A stretch of 64,000 nucleotides of DNA from the human T2T-CHM13v2.0 reference genome, Homo sapiens. Location: assembly GCF_009914755.1 (NCBI RefSeq), contig NC_060925.1; one strand, given 5' to 3'. The notes under the pieces are model-generated. The model ran no database searches. It saw only the letters and a program-made list of their open reading frames with translations, and was not told the DNA's origin. A program made the position numbers and the translations under genes. Positions 36,685 through 53,930 of the stretch are shown here, one piece after another. How positions within the stretch are numbered: position 1 is the first letter of the stretch; every line of letters begins with the position of its first letter.

Positions 36685-37110
36685 TGACGCATACCCTCCA
36701 CTGGATATGACGTCAGATCTGAAGTTAAGGTTCTATAGGAACGCGAGGCCCCAGCCCCCTTGTGATCAGTCTGGATGGATTCTGAAAAGAGAGGAGAAGA
36801 GAGAAGCAGGGAATTTCATTTTTTAAAATGTTCTGAATTAGCCGGGAGTGGTGGCGCATTCTTGTAGTCCCAGCTGCTAGGGAGGCCTGGGGCACGAGAT
36901 TCGCTTGAACCCGGGAAGCGGAGGTTGCAGTGGGCAGAGACCGCGCCACTGCACTCCAAACTGGGCGACAGAGCAGGACTCCGTCTTAAAAGTATAAAAT
37001 AAAAATAAAAGTAAATAAAATAAATATTATAAAATTTTGCATTTACGTCATTGTCAATGTTTTTTAAACTTGCGTTGTTGTTTAGACTCCACTTCCCCTC
37101 CAGATGGCGC
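36685..37110. promoter_or_regulatory. Candidate regulatory element: CRE cluster, CTCF motif and CpG-preserved Alu arm (36836-37020)
   Basis: TGACGCA 36685, TGACGTCA 36708, TTACGTCA 37043, CCTCCAGATGGCGC 37097. Confidence 0.5.
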
Positions 37111-38704
37111 CAGTTAGCTATTTCATGCACTTCAGTCTTAAGAGACACTTCACTGGAAGCCAAGCACCAAGCCTCCTTATGCTTTTAAAGGCTCGTATGG
37201 CACATGACCACTTTATAAGAGCGGAATACTTTGTTTTCCCTCCCAAGGAAGATGTTTACTCAGTACTAGGAAAGATTTACTAAAAGAAAAATAGCCCAGA
37301 GCTTACAAATTACTCACGTTGATAAAATCATAGAGCCAACCTGGAGAAATCAGTCAGTCCTCACCACTGGCTTCAGGCAGGACCACACAGAAACCACCCT
37401 CTTGTAGATGAGAATGAGCCTGAGTTTTGTTTAATGACTTCCAGACATCAGTGCATCCACTGAGAACTGCTGCCTCTCCTACCTGAGGGAGGGAGGGACT
37501 TCCCTAGGGGTTGACAGTTAGAAGGCTCTCTGGGGCCTGCCTGCCACCTAGACCTCCTTTGCCTCCCTGCTGCTCCCTTACAGGCCATGGGTGCCCCTAA
37601 CGAGGAGATGGTAGCAATGGTGTTGGCTGGGAGATGAAGGGGGATCCTGTGCCTCTCTGTTATTTGGCAGTTAACTAAGAATATACAGAGACCCAGAGTT
37701 AAATTTAAGCCACTCTCTCCAGAGGGTGAGATCTCAAACCTTATCTAAATATTCAACTCCAGTATTTAACCACCTCCCAGAAGAGAGTTCTTTTTGGTTA
37801 ATCTGATTCCTAGATGCAAAAGTATAAGCCCACTTGATTTGGGGTTTTCATCATAAAAGATGGAGTGCAGCTGGCTCTCATTTTCTGAGCAATATCCCTT
37901 AATAGATCTGAAGGCTAATTTTAAATGTTCTATACCCTTCTGCGATCTGTACTAACCAACCCCAGACCTTTTCATTCTTTGTTATGGCCTCTCAATGTTC
38001 AAACCCTCTCCCCGACTCTTCATCTCACTTTCAAGTTCTAAGGACCAGACTGGAATCTAAATGAAAAGTGATCACTTGAACAGCCAAGGGTAATTATATT
38101 TACAAGTTGAATTCTGTTTCAACAAATACAATTACAACATCCATCCTGATCTCCTGAGGCTTTTTGCATGTCTCAATAACTAGCTCATGTTAACAATCCT
38201 TCACCGATATAAAAAAAATGTTTTCTATAGAGGAGAAAATTGTATATACTAGATGTGTTCACAAGTTGCCATCCATTTTTAAGTAAAACTTCATAACTAA
38301 GATATTGTTCTCATTAAGTAAGTGTATGTACAATAATTAACTTAGAATATGTCTAAAATAAACCTCAATGTCACCAGTGAGGGCTACTAATAAGATGATA
38401 TTACTTTAGTGTTCAAAATTGTTTAAATAACTCTGAGTTCTCATATTGTGTCATATGAGTCAACTTTTTCCTACGTTCCATGGCAAATAACAAAAGACCT
38501 ACTAGAGGATTAAAGAGGTAGAGACTCTTTTTTTTTTCCACAAAATAAGGAGCCCTTAGGTGGGCAGTTGCTGGCATTGGTTCAGCTAGTTGGGCAATGA
38601 AGCCATCAAAGACCAAGCTTTTTCTCTTTCCTCGCTACCATTTTTAGGATGTTGGCTTTTGTCTCTGTGCCTTTTGCTTCTTGATTACAAGATGGCTGCT
38701 AGAA

Positions 38705-38997
38705 GGCTGGGCATAGTGGCTCACACCTGTAATCCCAGCACCTTGGAAGACCGAGGCAGAAGGATTGCTTGAGCCCAGGAGTTTGAGACCAACCTAGGCA
38801 ACATAGTGAGATCCTGTTTCTACTAAAAAAATTTTTTACAGTTAGCCGGGCATGGTGGTGTGCACCTCAGGAAGGTGAGGCAGGAGGATAGCTTGAGCCC
38901 AAGAGCTCTAGGTTGCAGTAAGTTATGATCATACACCACTGCACTCTAGCCTGGGCAACAGAGTAAGACTGTCTTACAAAAAAAAAAAAAAAAAAAA
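38705..38997 (+). mobile_element. AluJ inside an old MLT1-like LTR
   Basis: TSD aagatggctg / aaaatggctg; small internal deletion. Confidence 0.85.
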
Positions 38998-40609
38998 ATG
39001 GCTGATACAGTTCCAGACTTCATCTGTTTGTTCAAGATAGGAGGAAGGGAAGAAGAGGGAAGGGAAGTGATGCTGGCTGCTACTTCTGTTCTAGAGCAAA
39101 GGGTGACTCAGTGTCCTCAATGCTAGAAACCAAACTGGTAGCAAAATTTTTAAAAGTCGGTTCTGTTAATAATATAGTTTATCCATACTCATTTAGTCAT
39201 TCATTGATGATTCAATGGGTAGTTTACAGTAGCCTTTACCACATTTTAATATGCATTAATAATTGATAAGTGAGAGAAAGGATAATTTTATATATTTTTA
39301 AAAATAATATTTTACATTATTGTATTTTTGCACTTGCAGAAATGTCTGACTCACTTTGAAGAGGATGGGAGACAGAGAATTCTAGGCATGTACATCTTGG
39401 TTAGGTGACCAAATATTCTGGGTGGGCTAGGACAGGGGTTTCTAAGGTTTTCTGTGAAATTAATCAACATAAAAGGGACCTAATCCCGGGTTTTCCTTTA
39501 AGTACTTTCTTCCCAGTCTTAAAATAGGTTAGAATAAATGAACTGTGGGATGATTAGGCCCACGCTGCATTTCAGAATTTGTAGGCTTCAATGGTGTAAA
39601 CAGTCCATTAACACCTCATAAACTAGGATGTTCTTAGGTCATAACGCATTGGAACACAGGTAGCAGCAGTCAGGCTGGTCAGTCCAGGTGGCCCCAGAAA
39701 GAGATGGCCTAATGTCAGCCTTCAACGTAAGATGCAGGTCTAGAATCCAAGAGACCTAGACAGGGCCTGGGAGAACAGGAGCTCTATGATCAAGAGCAAT
39801 TTGGTTAATATCTAGGGGCAGTAAACTATAGTGCTCTGGACCTGGGGGTTTGGTGGGGAATAAGATTCAACATTCAAGACTTCGCCATGTTAGAAAAGCT
39901 CTGAGTTGCACAGCTGATTTCACTCTGTCAATAAGAACATTCTGAGACTTAAGTATCCAGTTCCTCTAGACCTGGGGACCCCCAGTTGATAGCCTGATCG
40001 ATAAAATTTTAAGTCCTGTGCCATTTTCCCATGTAAAACATTTAATTTTCACAAAGAAAGAATCAGAAAAGTTCAATACTTCTTTTTTATCTTTAACTTG
40101 GGGTTGAATATGTGAATTTTATTAATTTGGCCAAAAGTGAGAAGAGAGCCATATCAAAGGAAATCTAAAGAATGTTCTTAGGCTCTCAAGAAAGCTTAAA
40201 TGGATGTGAACCAGGAGCACCCCAGGAGTTTGGTTTGAGCATCTAAATGATATCCTGTCTCCTTCTGGCAAAAAAAAAAAAAAAAAAAAATACACAATTA
40301 ATTATGAATAAAAGATTTGGACTTTTTTTTAGTCTGAATTTTATTACAAAGCTTGGGAAACTTAGATCCAAGTAGATGGAATCTTCCAAACTCAATTTGT
40401 CTTTCAGTTTAAAAAGAGATCATGTGAATTTAAAGAAAAACATTAATTTCTATGCTTCAAAAAACCAGCTCACGATTTTCCCCAAATCTGAATTTTCCCC
40501 ACATTCAGTTTGTTCTAAAGTTAAGTCGTAAGTACAATCTTTCTGTGAACAAGGGTTCTCTGGTTTTAGATACACACAAATCCTCATTAATCCATCCTAA
40601 CATCTATAA

Positions 40610-41148
40610 GGGCATGGCAGTGGATTTATTGATCACAAAAGCTAACTTTTGCTATGTAACAAAGCACCCTCAAACTTTGTGGCTCGAACAACAGCCATTT
40701 ATTTAACTCACAATCCTTCATATCAGCAATTTGGGTCAGAGTCAGCTTCTCAGATTGTAGCAGTGGGGCTCGTCCATGTATCTGCAGTCAGCATCCAGCT
40801 TAGCTGAAGTCTGTCTGGTCTAGGGGGACTCAACTGGGACAGCTTGTCTTTGTTCGTCTTGGTCTTTCATCCTTCAACAGACTAGCACAGGCTTGGTCAT
40901 GGGGCAACTGGACTGGTATCCAGAGGGAGAGAGGAAATATTCAAGGTCTCTTGAGGCCTGGGTTCAGAACTGGCACATCATTACTTCTGCTAAATTATTG
41001 GCCAAAACAGGTCCAGACTAGACTTGAGGGGAGGGTGAATCGAGTCTTTATAGGAAAACTCTTTAAGGAAGGACCACAAAGCCATATTACCAAGGACATA
41101 AATGCAAGGAGGAGTTAAGAATTTTGGTTACTTTTGCAATCTAGTACA
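40610..41148 (-). mobile_element. Old MLT1-type LTR
   Basis: gctatgtaacaaagcaccctcaaac...acaacagccatttattt...cagaactggcacatcattacttctgc. Confidence 0.6.
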
Positions 41149-41213
41149 GAAAACATAGATAAATCAATATAAACCTCTCTCTACTACTAGGGTGAAAAAA
41201 AGTCTCCAGTTGT

Positions 41214-41738
41214 TCATTTATGTGCCAGGCCTTGTACTAGGCAATAGGGATAGTCCAGGAGATACTTCAATAATAGATCATTACGGGGGGAGGAGCCAAG
41301 ATGGCTGAATAGGAACAGCTCCGGTCTATAGCTCCCAGCGTGAGCGAGGCAGAAGACGGGTGATTTCTGCATTTCCATCTGAGGTACCAGGTTCATCTCA
41401 CTTGGGAGTGCCAGACAGTGGGTGCAGGACAGTGGGTGCAGTGCACTGTGCACCAGCCGAAGCAGGGCAAGGCATTGCCTCACTTGGGAAGCACAAGGAA
41501 TCAGGGAGTTCCCTTTCCTGGTCAAGGAAAGGGGTGACAGACAGCACCTGGAAAATCGGGTCACTCCCACCCGAATATGGTGCTTTTCCAACGGGCTTAG
41601 GAAATGGCGCACCAGGAGATTATATCCCGCACCTGGCTCGGAGGGTCCTACGCCCACGGAGTCTCGCTGACTGCTAGCACAGCAGTCTGAGATCAAACTG
41701 CAAGGTGGCAGTGAGGCTGGGGGAGGGGCGCCCGCCAT
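41214..41738 (-). CDS. Open L1 ORF0 (MAGAPPPASLPPCSLISDCCAS...), 174 aa, running into the flank; expression unknown
   Basis: ATG at 41738; N-terminus matches primate L1 ORF0; frame open to 41214. Confidence 0.4.
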   Translation of the reverse strand: MAGAPPPASLPPCSLISDCCASSQRDSVGVGPSEPGAGYNLLVRHFLSPLEKHHIRVGVTRFSRCCLSPLSLTRKGNSLIPCASQVRQCLALLRLVHSALHPLSCTHCLALPSEMNLVPQMEMQKSPVFCLAHAGSYRPELFLFSHLGSSPRNDLLLKYLLDYPYCLVQGLAHK

Positions 41739-42321
41739 TGCCCAGGCTTGCTTAGGTAAACAAAGCAGCCTGGAAGCTCCAACTGGGTGGAGCCTACCAC
41801 AGCTCAAGGAGGCCTGCCTGTCTCTGTAGGCTCCACCTCTGGGGGCAGGGCACAGACAAACAAAAAGACAGCAGTAACCTCTGCAGACTTAAATGTCCCT
41901 GTCTGACAGCTTTGAAGAGAGCAGTGGTTCTCCCAGCACGCAGCTGGAGATCTGAGAACGGGCAGACGGCTTCCTCAAGTGGGTCCCTGACCCCTGACCC
42001 CCGAGCAGCCTAACTGGGAGGCACGCCCCAGTAGGGGCAGACTGACACCTCACACGGCCAGGTACTCCTCTGAGACAAAACTTCCAGAGGAACGATCAGA
42101 CAGCAGCATTCACGGATCACGAAAATCCACGGTTCTGCAGACACTGCTGCTGATACCCAGGCAAACAGGGTCTGGAGTGGACCTCTAGCAAACTCCAACA
42201 GACCTGCAGCTGAGGGTCCTGTCTGTTAGAAGGAAAACTAACAAACAGAAAGGACATCCACACCAAAAACCCATCTGTACACCACCACCATCAAAGACCA
42301 AAAGTAGATAAAACCACAAAG

Positions 42322-43338
42322 ATGGGGAAAAAACAGAGCAGAAAAACTGGAAACTCTAAAAAGCAGAGCGCCTCTCCTCCTCCAAAGGAACGCAGTTCCT
42401 CACCAGCAACGGAACAAAGCTGGATGGAGAATGACTTTGACGAGTTGAGAGAAGAAGGCTTCAAACGATCAAACTACTCCAAGCTACAGAAGGAAATTCA
42501 AACCAAAGGCAAAGAAGTTGAAAACTTTGAAAAAAATTTAGACGAATGTATAACTAGAATAACCAATACAGAGAAGTGCTTAAAGGAGCTCATGGAGCTG
42601 GAAGCCAAGGCTTGAGAACTACATGAAGAATGCAGAAGCCTCAGGAGCCGATGCGATCAACTGGAAGAAAGGGTATCGGTGATGGAAGATGAAATGAATG
42701 AAATGAAGCGAGAAGGGAAGTTTAGAGAAAAAAGAATAAAAAGAAATGAACAAAGCCTCCAAGAAATATGGGACTATGTGAAAAGACCAAATCTGCGTCT
42801 GATTGGTGTACCTGAAAGTGACAGGGAGAATGGAACCAAGTTGGAAAACACTCTGCAGGATATTATCCAGGAGAACTTCCCCAATCTAGCAAGGCAGGCC
42901 AACATTCAGATTCAGGAAATACAGAGAACGCCACAAAGATACTCCTCAAGAAGAGCAACTCCAAGATGCATAATTGTCAGATTCATCAAAGTTGAAATGA
43001 AGGAAAAAATGTTAAGGGCAGCCAGAGAGAAAGGTCGGGTTACCCACAAAGGGAAGCCCATCAGACTAACAGCGGATCTCTCGGCAGAAACTCTACAAGC
43101 CAGAAGAGAGTGGGGGCCAATATTCAACATTCTTAAAGAAAAGAATTTTCAACCCAGAATTTCATATCCAGCCAAACTAAGCTTCACAAGTGAAGGAGAA
43201 ATAAAATACTTTACAGACAAGCAAATGCTGAGAGATTTTGTCACCACCAGGCCTGCCCTAAAAGAGCTCCTGAAGGAAGCACTAAACATGGAAAGGCACA
43301 ACCGGTACCAGCTGCTGCAAAATCATGCCAAAATGTAA
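42322..43338 (+). pseudogene. L1 ORF1 (338 codons) with one nonsense codon
   Basis: TGA at 42613-42615 (CGA>TGA, codon 98); REKG, ARR and YPAKLS motifs intact. Confidence 0.93.
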
Positions 43339-43401
43339 AGACCATCAAGACTAGGAAGAAGCTGCATCAACTAACGAGCAAAATAACCAGCTAACATCAT
43401 A

Positions 43402-47228
<3,827 letters not shown>

Positions 47229-48989
47229 ACAATGAGAACACATGGACACAGGAAGGGGAACATCACACTCTGGGGACTGTTGTGGGGTGGGGGGAAGGAG
47301 GAGGGATAGCATTAGGAGATATACCTAATGCTAAATGACGAGTTAATGGGTGCAGCACACCAGCATGGCACATGTATACATATGTAACTAACCTGCACAT
47401 TGTGCACATGTACCCTAAAACTTAAAGTATAATAATAATTAAAAAAAAAGAAAAAAAGAACATTTAAACATTTATAAACATTTTGATAAATTTAAAAAAT
47501 AATAATAATAATAATAGATCATTACTATGCAATGTGAATTGTGAAAGGATAGGCCTGTCCTAGATAACTAGAAGCAACTTGCCCCCAAATGTTATGCCAA
47601 GACAGGTTCTTTGTCTATTTGGTAAAAAGTAAGACACTTCTAATTTTTAATGTGTATAGATCTTTTTTTTAAAAATTGATCATAATAACCATATTTGGAG
47701 ATCTGCCTTCATTTCTCCTGGCTCTAGAATTTATGTTCCATACAGACTGGAATTCTGTTTTCCTCAGTGCTGTAGCCCTTGCACCTTCACCAGTGTCTGA
47801 CATGTACTAGCTACTCAATAATTATTTAAATGTGGCCTTAAAGTCCCTTTGTAATGCATCTACATGGACAGCAGAGAAGAGAAGGCAGTGACAACGGTGC
47901 TTTCGTGGTGGAGGCAGAATCATTCTATGTGTTCTCATTGGTGTATACAAGTATTTTTGTTCTTTTTTGTTGCTTAATCTTTTTTTCTGGTGTTATGATT
48001 TAATAAGAGGAAGTGTAGCAGAGTAAATATTGCTCATCTGATGCAGTGATCACCATTCCCAGCTACGGTTGGCTGGAACTGAGGTAGGATAAGGGATTGG
48101 CCTCATACATTTTTGGTGTTTGAATCAATGTGTTTGTAAATTGGAGAATATGGCAGTCATAGCAGAGAACAAACAGAAGAGCGGATACTCCATTTTTATT
48201 CTTCAGGAACTTCAAGTCTAGGTTTTACTTTCTCACTCCTGACCAACAGCAGTGACTTTGAAGGGGACAAGGGACCATCGGCTCATTCTTTTGTTTATTC
48301 ACTCATTTATGTACATATTCAATAAATATTTATTGAGTTGGAATAAAGTGAAGTGGTGTGATGGGTGAAGTTCAAGCTGGGTTGGGAGTCATGGGGGCAG
48401 GAGGACACTTAATCCAGATTTAAGAGCTCAGGAAAAGCTCCCTGCATGAAGCAGCATTTAATCTGAGCTCTGAATAATAAATGGAGTTAACTGGGCAATA
48501 AAGGGAATTGGGGAAGAGTGCATGGGCCAAGGGAACAGCTTGCCTTGCAACCTACCAGACACAGGTGAGGGGACACAACACCTGAGAAGACCTGAAAATA
48601 GTTGGCTATAACTGCATTGCAGAATTGATGGGCAAGAGATAAGAGAAATGAGGTAAGAGAAAGAGGCAGGGGCCAGACCATGCTTGAGACAGGAACCACA
48701 TGAGAAGTGATGGAGACCTGCCAAGGGCAGAGCAGAGAGAAGACAAAAAGCGGATGGATTCCAGGTTGCGTAGAAGACTTGGTGATGAATTGGACTCCAG
48801 GAGAGAGGAGTCAGGGATTCTGGTTGACATGAGGGATGATGGACCCATTTACTAAAATAAAGGATTAAGACATTTTGAATGGGAAAAGATATTGCTAATA
48901 AGTTGAGATCCCCACAGACAGGCTGACTGACTATTTTTTCCTGCCAGGGCCAAACTTAATATCCATTTTAATCTGAATCCAAATGGAAA

Positions 48990-49202
48990 AAGCTGGGTTC
49001 TGGATTCAGCCAGATTCAGTTCAGACCCGTGCGCCAAGCTATGTGATGTGATCCTAGACAAATTACAGAGGCTTTCTGAGCCTTACCTCCCTCATTGTAA
49101 AATGGAGAAAAGAATAATATTTCACAGCGTCATTATTGGAGTTAAATAATAAAATGCATATAAAGTGCTTCACACAGTATCAGGTTCAATAAATGTTAGC
49201 TA
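48990..49202. mobile_element. MIR
   Basis: tgtgatcctagacaaattac...ctttctgagcc...tgtaaaatggaga...caataaatgttagc. Confidence 0.7.
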
Positions 49203-50757
49203 GAATTATTGTGTGTGAAGATGGTGGAAAGAGGAGGCAAGAGAATTAGGCACAAAGGCTGCTCAGAAAACTTAAGAGGAGTGGAGCTAGGCGGGAAGCT
49301 TGGGAAGTGGGGAAGAGACCAGGCCTGGGGAAATGTAGTGGGCTCTGACCCCTAGACTTTTGCCAAGGCACTTCATCCCAGTGAAAGTCTGATCGCAAGA
49401 TGTGCTTGCTCCCCACCCTGGAACAATCTGAGCTGCGTCTCCTCCCCAATCCCTTATTACTCCTGCAGTATCTGTCTTTTATCTGTTTCCCAAATCCCCA
49501 GCACTGCATTAGATGGTAATGCTCTGAAAAGTACACATTAAAAACTTCCTTCTTTCAACAAGAAAGAGTTTGGGTTCTACAGCACTGCATTCAAGTGCAC
49601 AGCTCTGGAGCCACACTGCCTGGACTCCCCTCTGAACACCACCAAACACTGGCCGTTGGGTGGGCAACAACTCTCTGTGTCCTGGTTCCTAATCTGATAA
49701 GAGTAGTAACCACTAAGAAGTTTTATGTGAGGATTAAATGAATTAATAGTTCTAAAGCACCTAGAGCAATTGCTGGTCCAAATTCAAGTAAGCCCTGAGT
49801 AAGTGTCAGCTGTTATCACAGTGTCAGAAGAAACCCAGGAGAGCCAGGCCAGTGCCTCTTTAGGCCTTGTGCCCTGAACCAAAGCAGCGTCCAAACCAGT
49901 GGTTAATGAGAGGCAGCCAGTTGCCTGGGATAGCCCATCCTGTGGTGGAAGGAGATAACAATGGCAATACTTATCAGTTCTCAGTTGTTATTTCATTTAA
50001 GTTCACAATTCATGGGGTAGGTATTATTCCCCATGTAGAGATGAGGTAACTGAGGCTCAAAGAAGTTAAGGATCTTTGTTGACGTTAGAACCCAAGACCC
50101 TGTAAGGGTATTAACATTTTATTCTGCTGGGAAAAATCAGAGATTTTGAAATATAATTTGGGAGCCCATGAATGGCCAGAATCCAAATGGCACACCCCAG
50201 AACACCTAAAAATGTCAGGGATTGGGAAACCACAATTCTGGTGTTCTTGATGGAGATTCTTTTGTTTGTATGACAGTTGCTTCTCTAGGACCCTGCAGTG
50301 CTTCCCGCCTCCCGCCTGGCTTGAGTAGGGGCTGCACGATCACATCTGCTCATCTCCTTCTCTTCCAGCCCTGCTGACCTGGCAGGCTGCCAGCCTAACA
50401 GCCAGGGCATTTGGGGAGGCCTGATTTTAATAAATTTCTATTTCCTGTAGAAAACCGGTTTTTTCAGTGGCTTTGTAACCCAACCATTTTTGATCACATC
50501 AGGACTAAACCTGGCAGCCAGCTTGGCAGCTTGTGCACAAATTGCATACAAAGGCAGATTGTTTAGCCTTTATTGTAATTCAAAGCAACTTAAGGAAAAG
50601 GGAGGGACAAAAAGAAAAGAAAAAAGTGAAAGAAAAAAATAAATCCAATTATATTATATAATTACATAACACAGTGAACTTCTAATTCTCTTTAAGGAAA
50701 ATACAGAATCAATTAACCTTTCTGTCTGTTTCCTTTTTCTCTCTGTCTCAAAGTTTC

Positions 50758-50784
50758 TCACACATGCACACACACACACACACA
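50758..50784 (+). repeat. (CA)n microsatellite
   Basis: Read directly. Confidence 0.9.
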
Positions 50785-51524
50785 ATAGTAGAGCAGACAA
50801 ATAATGAATTCCAACTTGAAATCTTTTTTCCCTGTCTTTTTTTTTTTCTTTACCAACAACATCTCACATTCAAGGAGAGTTGGAGAAGTAAAAATCAGGA
50901 AAATCCTGAGGGAAAAGAGCATGTTTAAAAGATTTTAGAGACAAGGAAAAGAAATAAGAGTGGGTCTGAGACAGTGAATGAGAGGATGAAAAAAACTAAA
51001 TGAGCAGCAATAAGAATGGGCATCTTAAAATCATCAGATTAAGAGAGTTTGTGGAGTTAGAAATTATATAAATCAAATGACTAGAAAGTGTTAGATTTCT
51101 AATTCTCAGAAAGTGTTACATGGCAAGCTAAGTTTTGGGTCTTCCTTTTTCAACTTGACCAAATATCTCTGCCCTTTTCTGTGTCCTTCTTGGGTCATGA
51201 ATGCTTGTATCTCAGAGTAGTGCCTATTAGAGTCTCTGCCTATGTGCCAGACAGGCCATCTGACTAGAGCCATGTTTTACACTTAGGCCTTCTTCTCAGC
51301 TGCCTGGATAAACTAGTGTGTTCATGAGGATGTTAATATGCTCCCATGTCATGTTCGCATTGTTCTGGAGAGATGTACAGGCATCGTATTAGAAATTCTA
51401 GACACCTGGGCAGGTCTGTTGGGGAGATGTTTTCTGCATGAGCACTCCGTGTGTTTGATCATATCATAGGGTGATCCATGATTCATTTATAGCAGAACAA
51501 ACCTTGTTGGGTATATATCATTAA

Positions 51525-51690
<166 letters not shown>

Positions 51691-51982
51691 AGGACAAGCG
51701 CAGAGGCTTATTGGCATTGAGGGTCAATGAATGGCCTGAATTATTAGGGTGTGCAAATCGAAATAATGTAGGATTCCAATGAGGGTGGGTTTTGAAGGCA
51801 CTGACTATGGATTCCAGGGCAGGGAGATAGCTAAGTGGCAAAAGACACAAGTGAATTAAACCAAAATATTGGACACATGGCCAGGTAGTTAGGCAGAAAA
51901 TGAGTAACTAAGTTATAAAATGAGTAAATAAGAAATCCAAACAAGCTAATCATAGTTTAAACTTGAACCCAGGGATGGATAA

Positions 51983-52367
<385 letters not shown>

Positions 52368-52754
52368 CATCCATATTTCAGTCTCTTTTGGGGTGGAAGT
52401 GTGAAGTTGTGGACCACAGTGTATATATTATACGTGAAACAAGTAGAAATGGGTTTTTAACTGAGGAAGGGATGGGAAAGGGAAGCATAAGAATCACCTA
52501 AGAAGTTTTTTCAATACATATTCTAGACTTACTCAGAATCTCTGAAGGCAGATGGAGATAAAAATGGGTTTGCCTGGTTTGAAAAGCTTCCCGGGAGGTT
52601 CAGATGTATTGAATTAGACTGGTACTTGCCAGCCTTACCTGATTAAAAGAATCACCTGAGGAACTTATAAAACACTAGATTTATCTAATTCCACCCACCT
52701 CCAGAGTTACCGATTCACAGCTGGTCTCACATAGAGCACAGAAATGCATACTTT

Positions 52755-53930
<1,176 letters not shown>

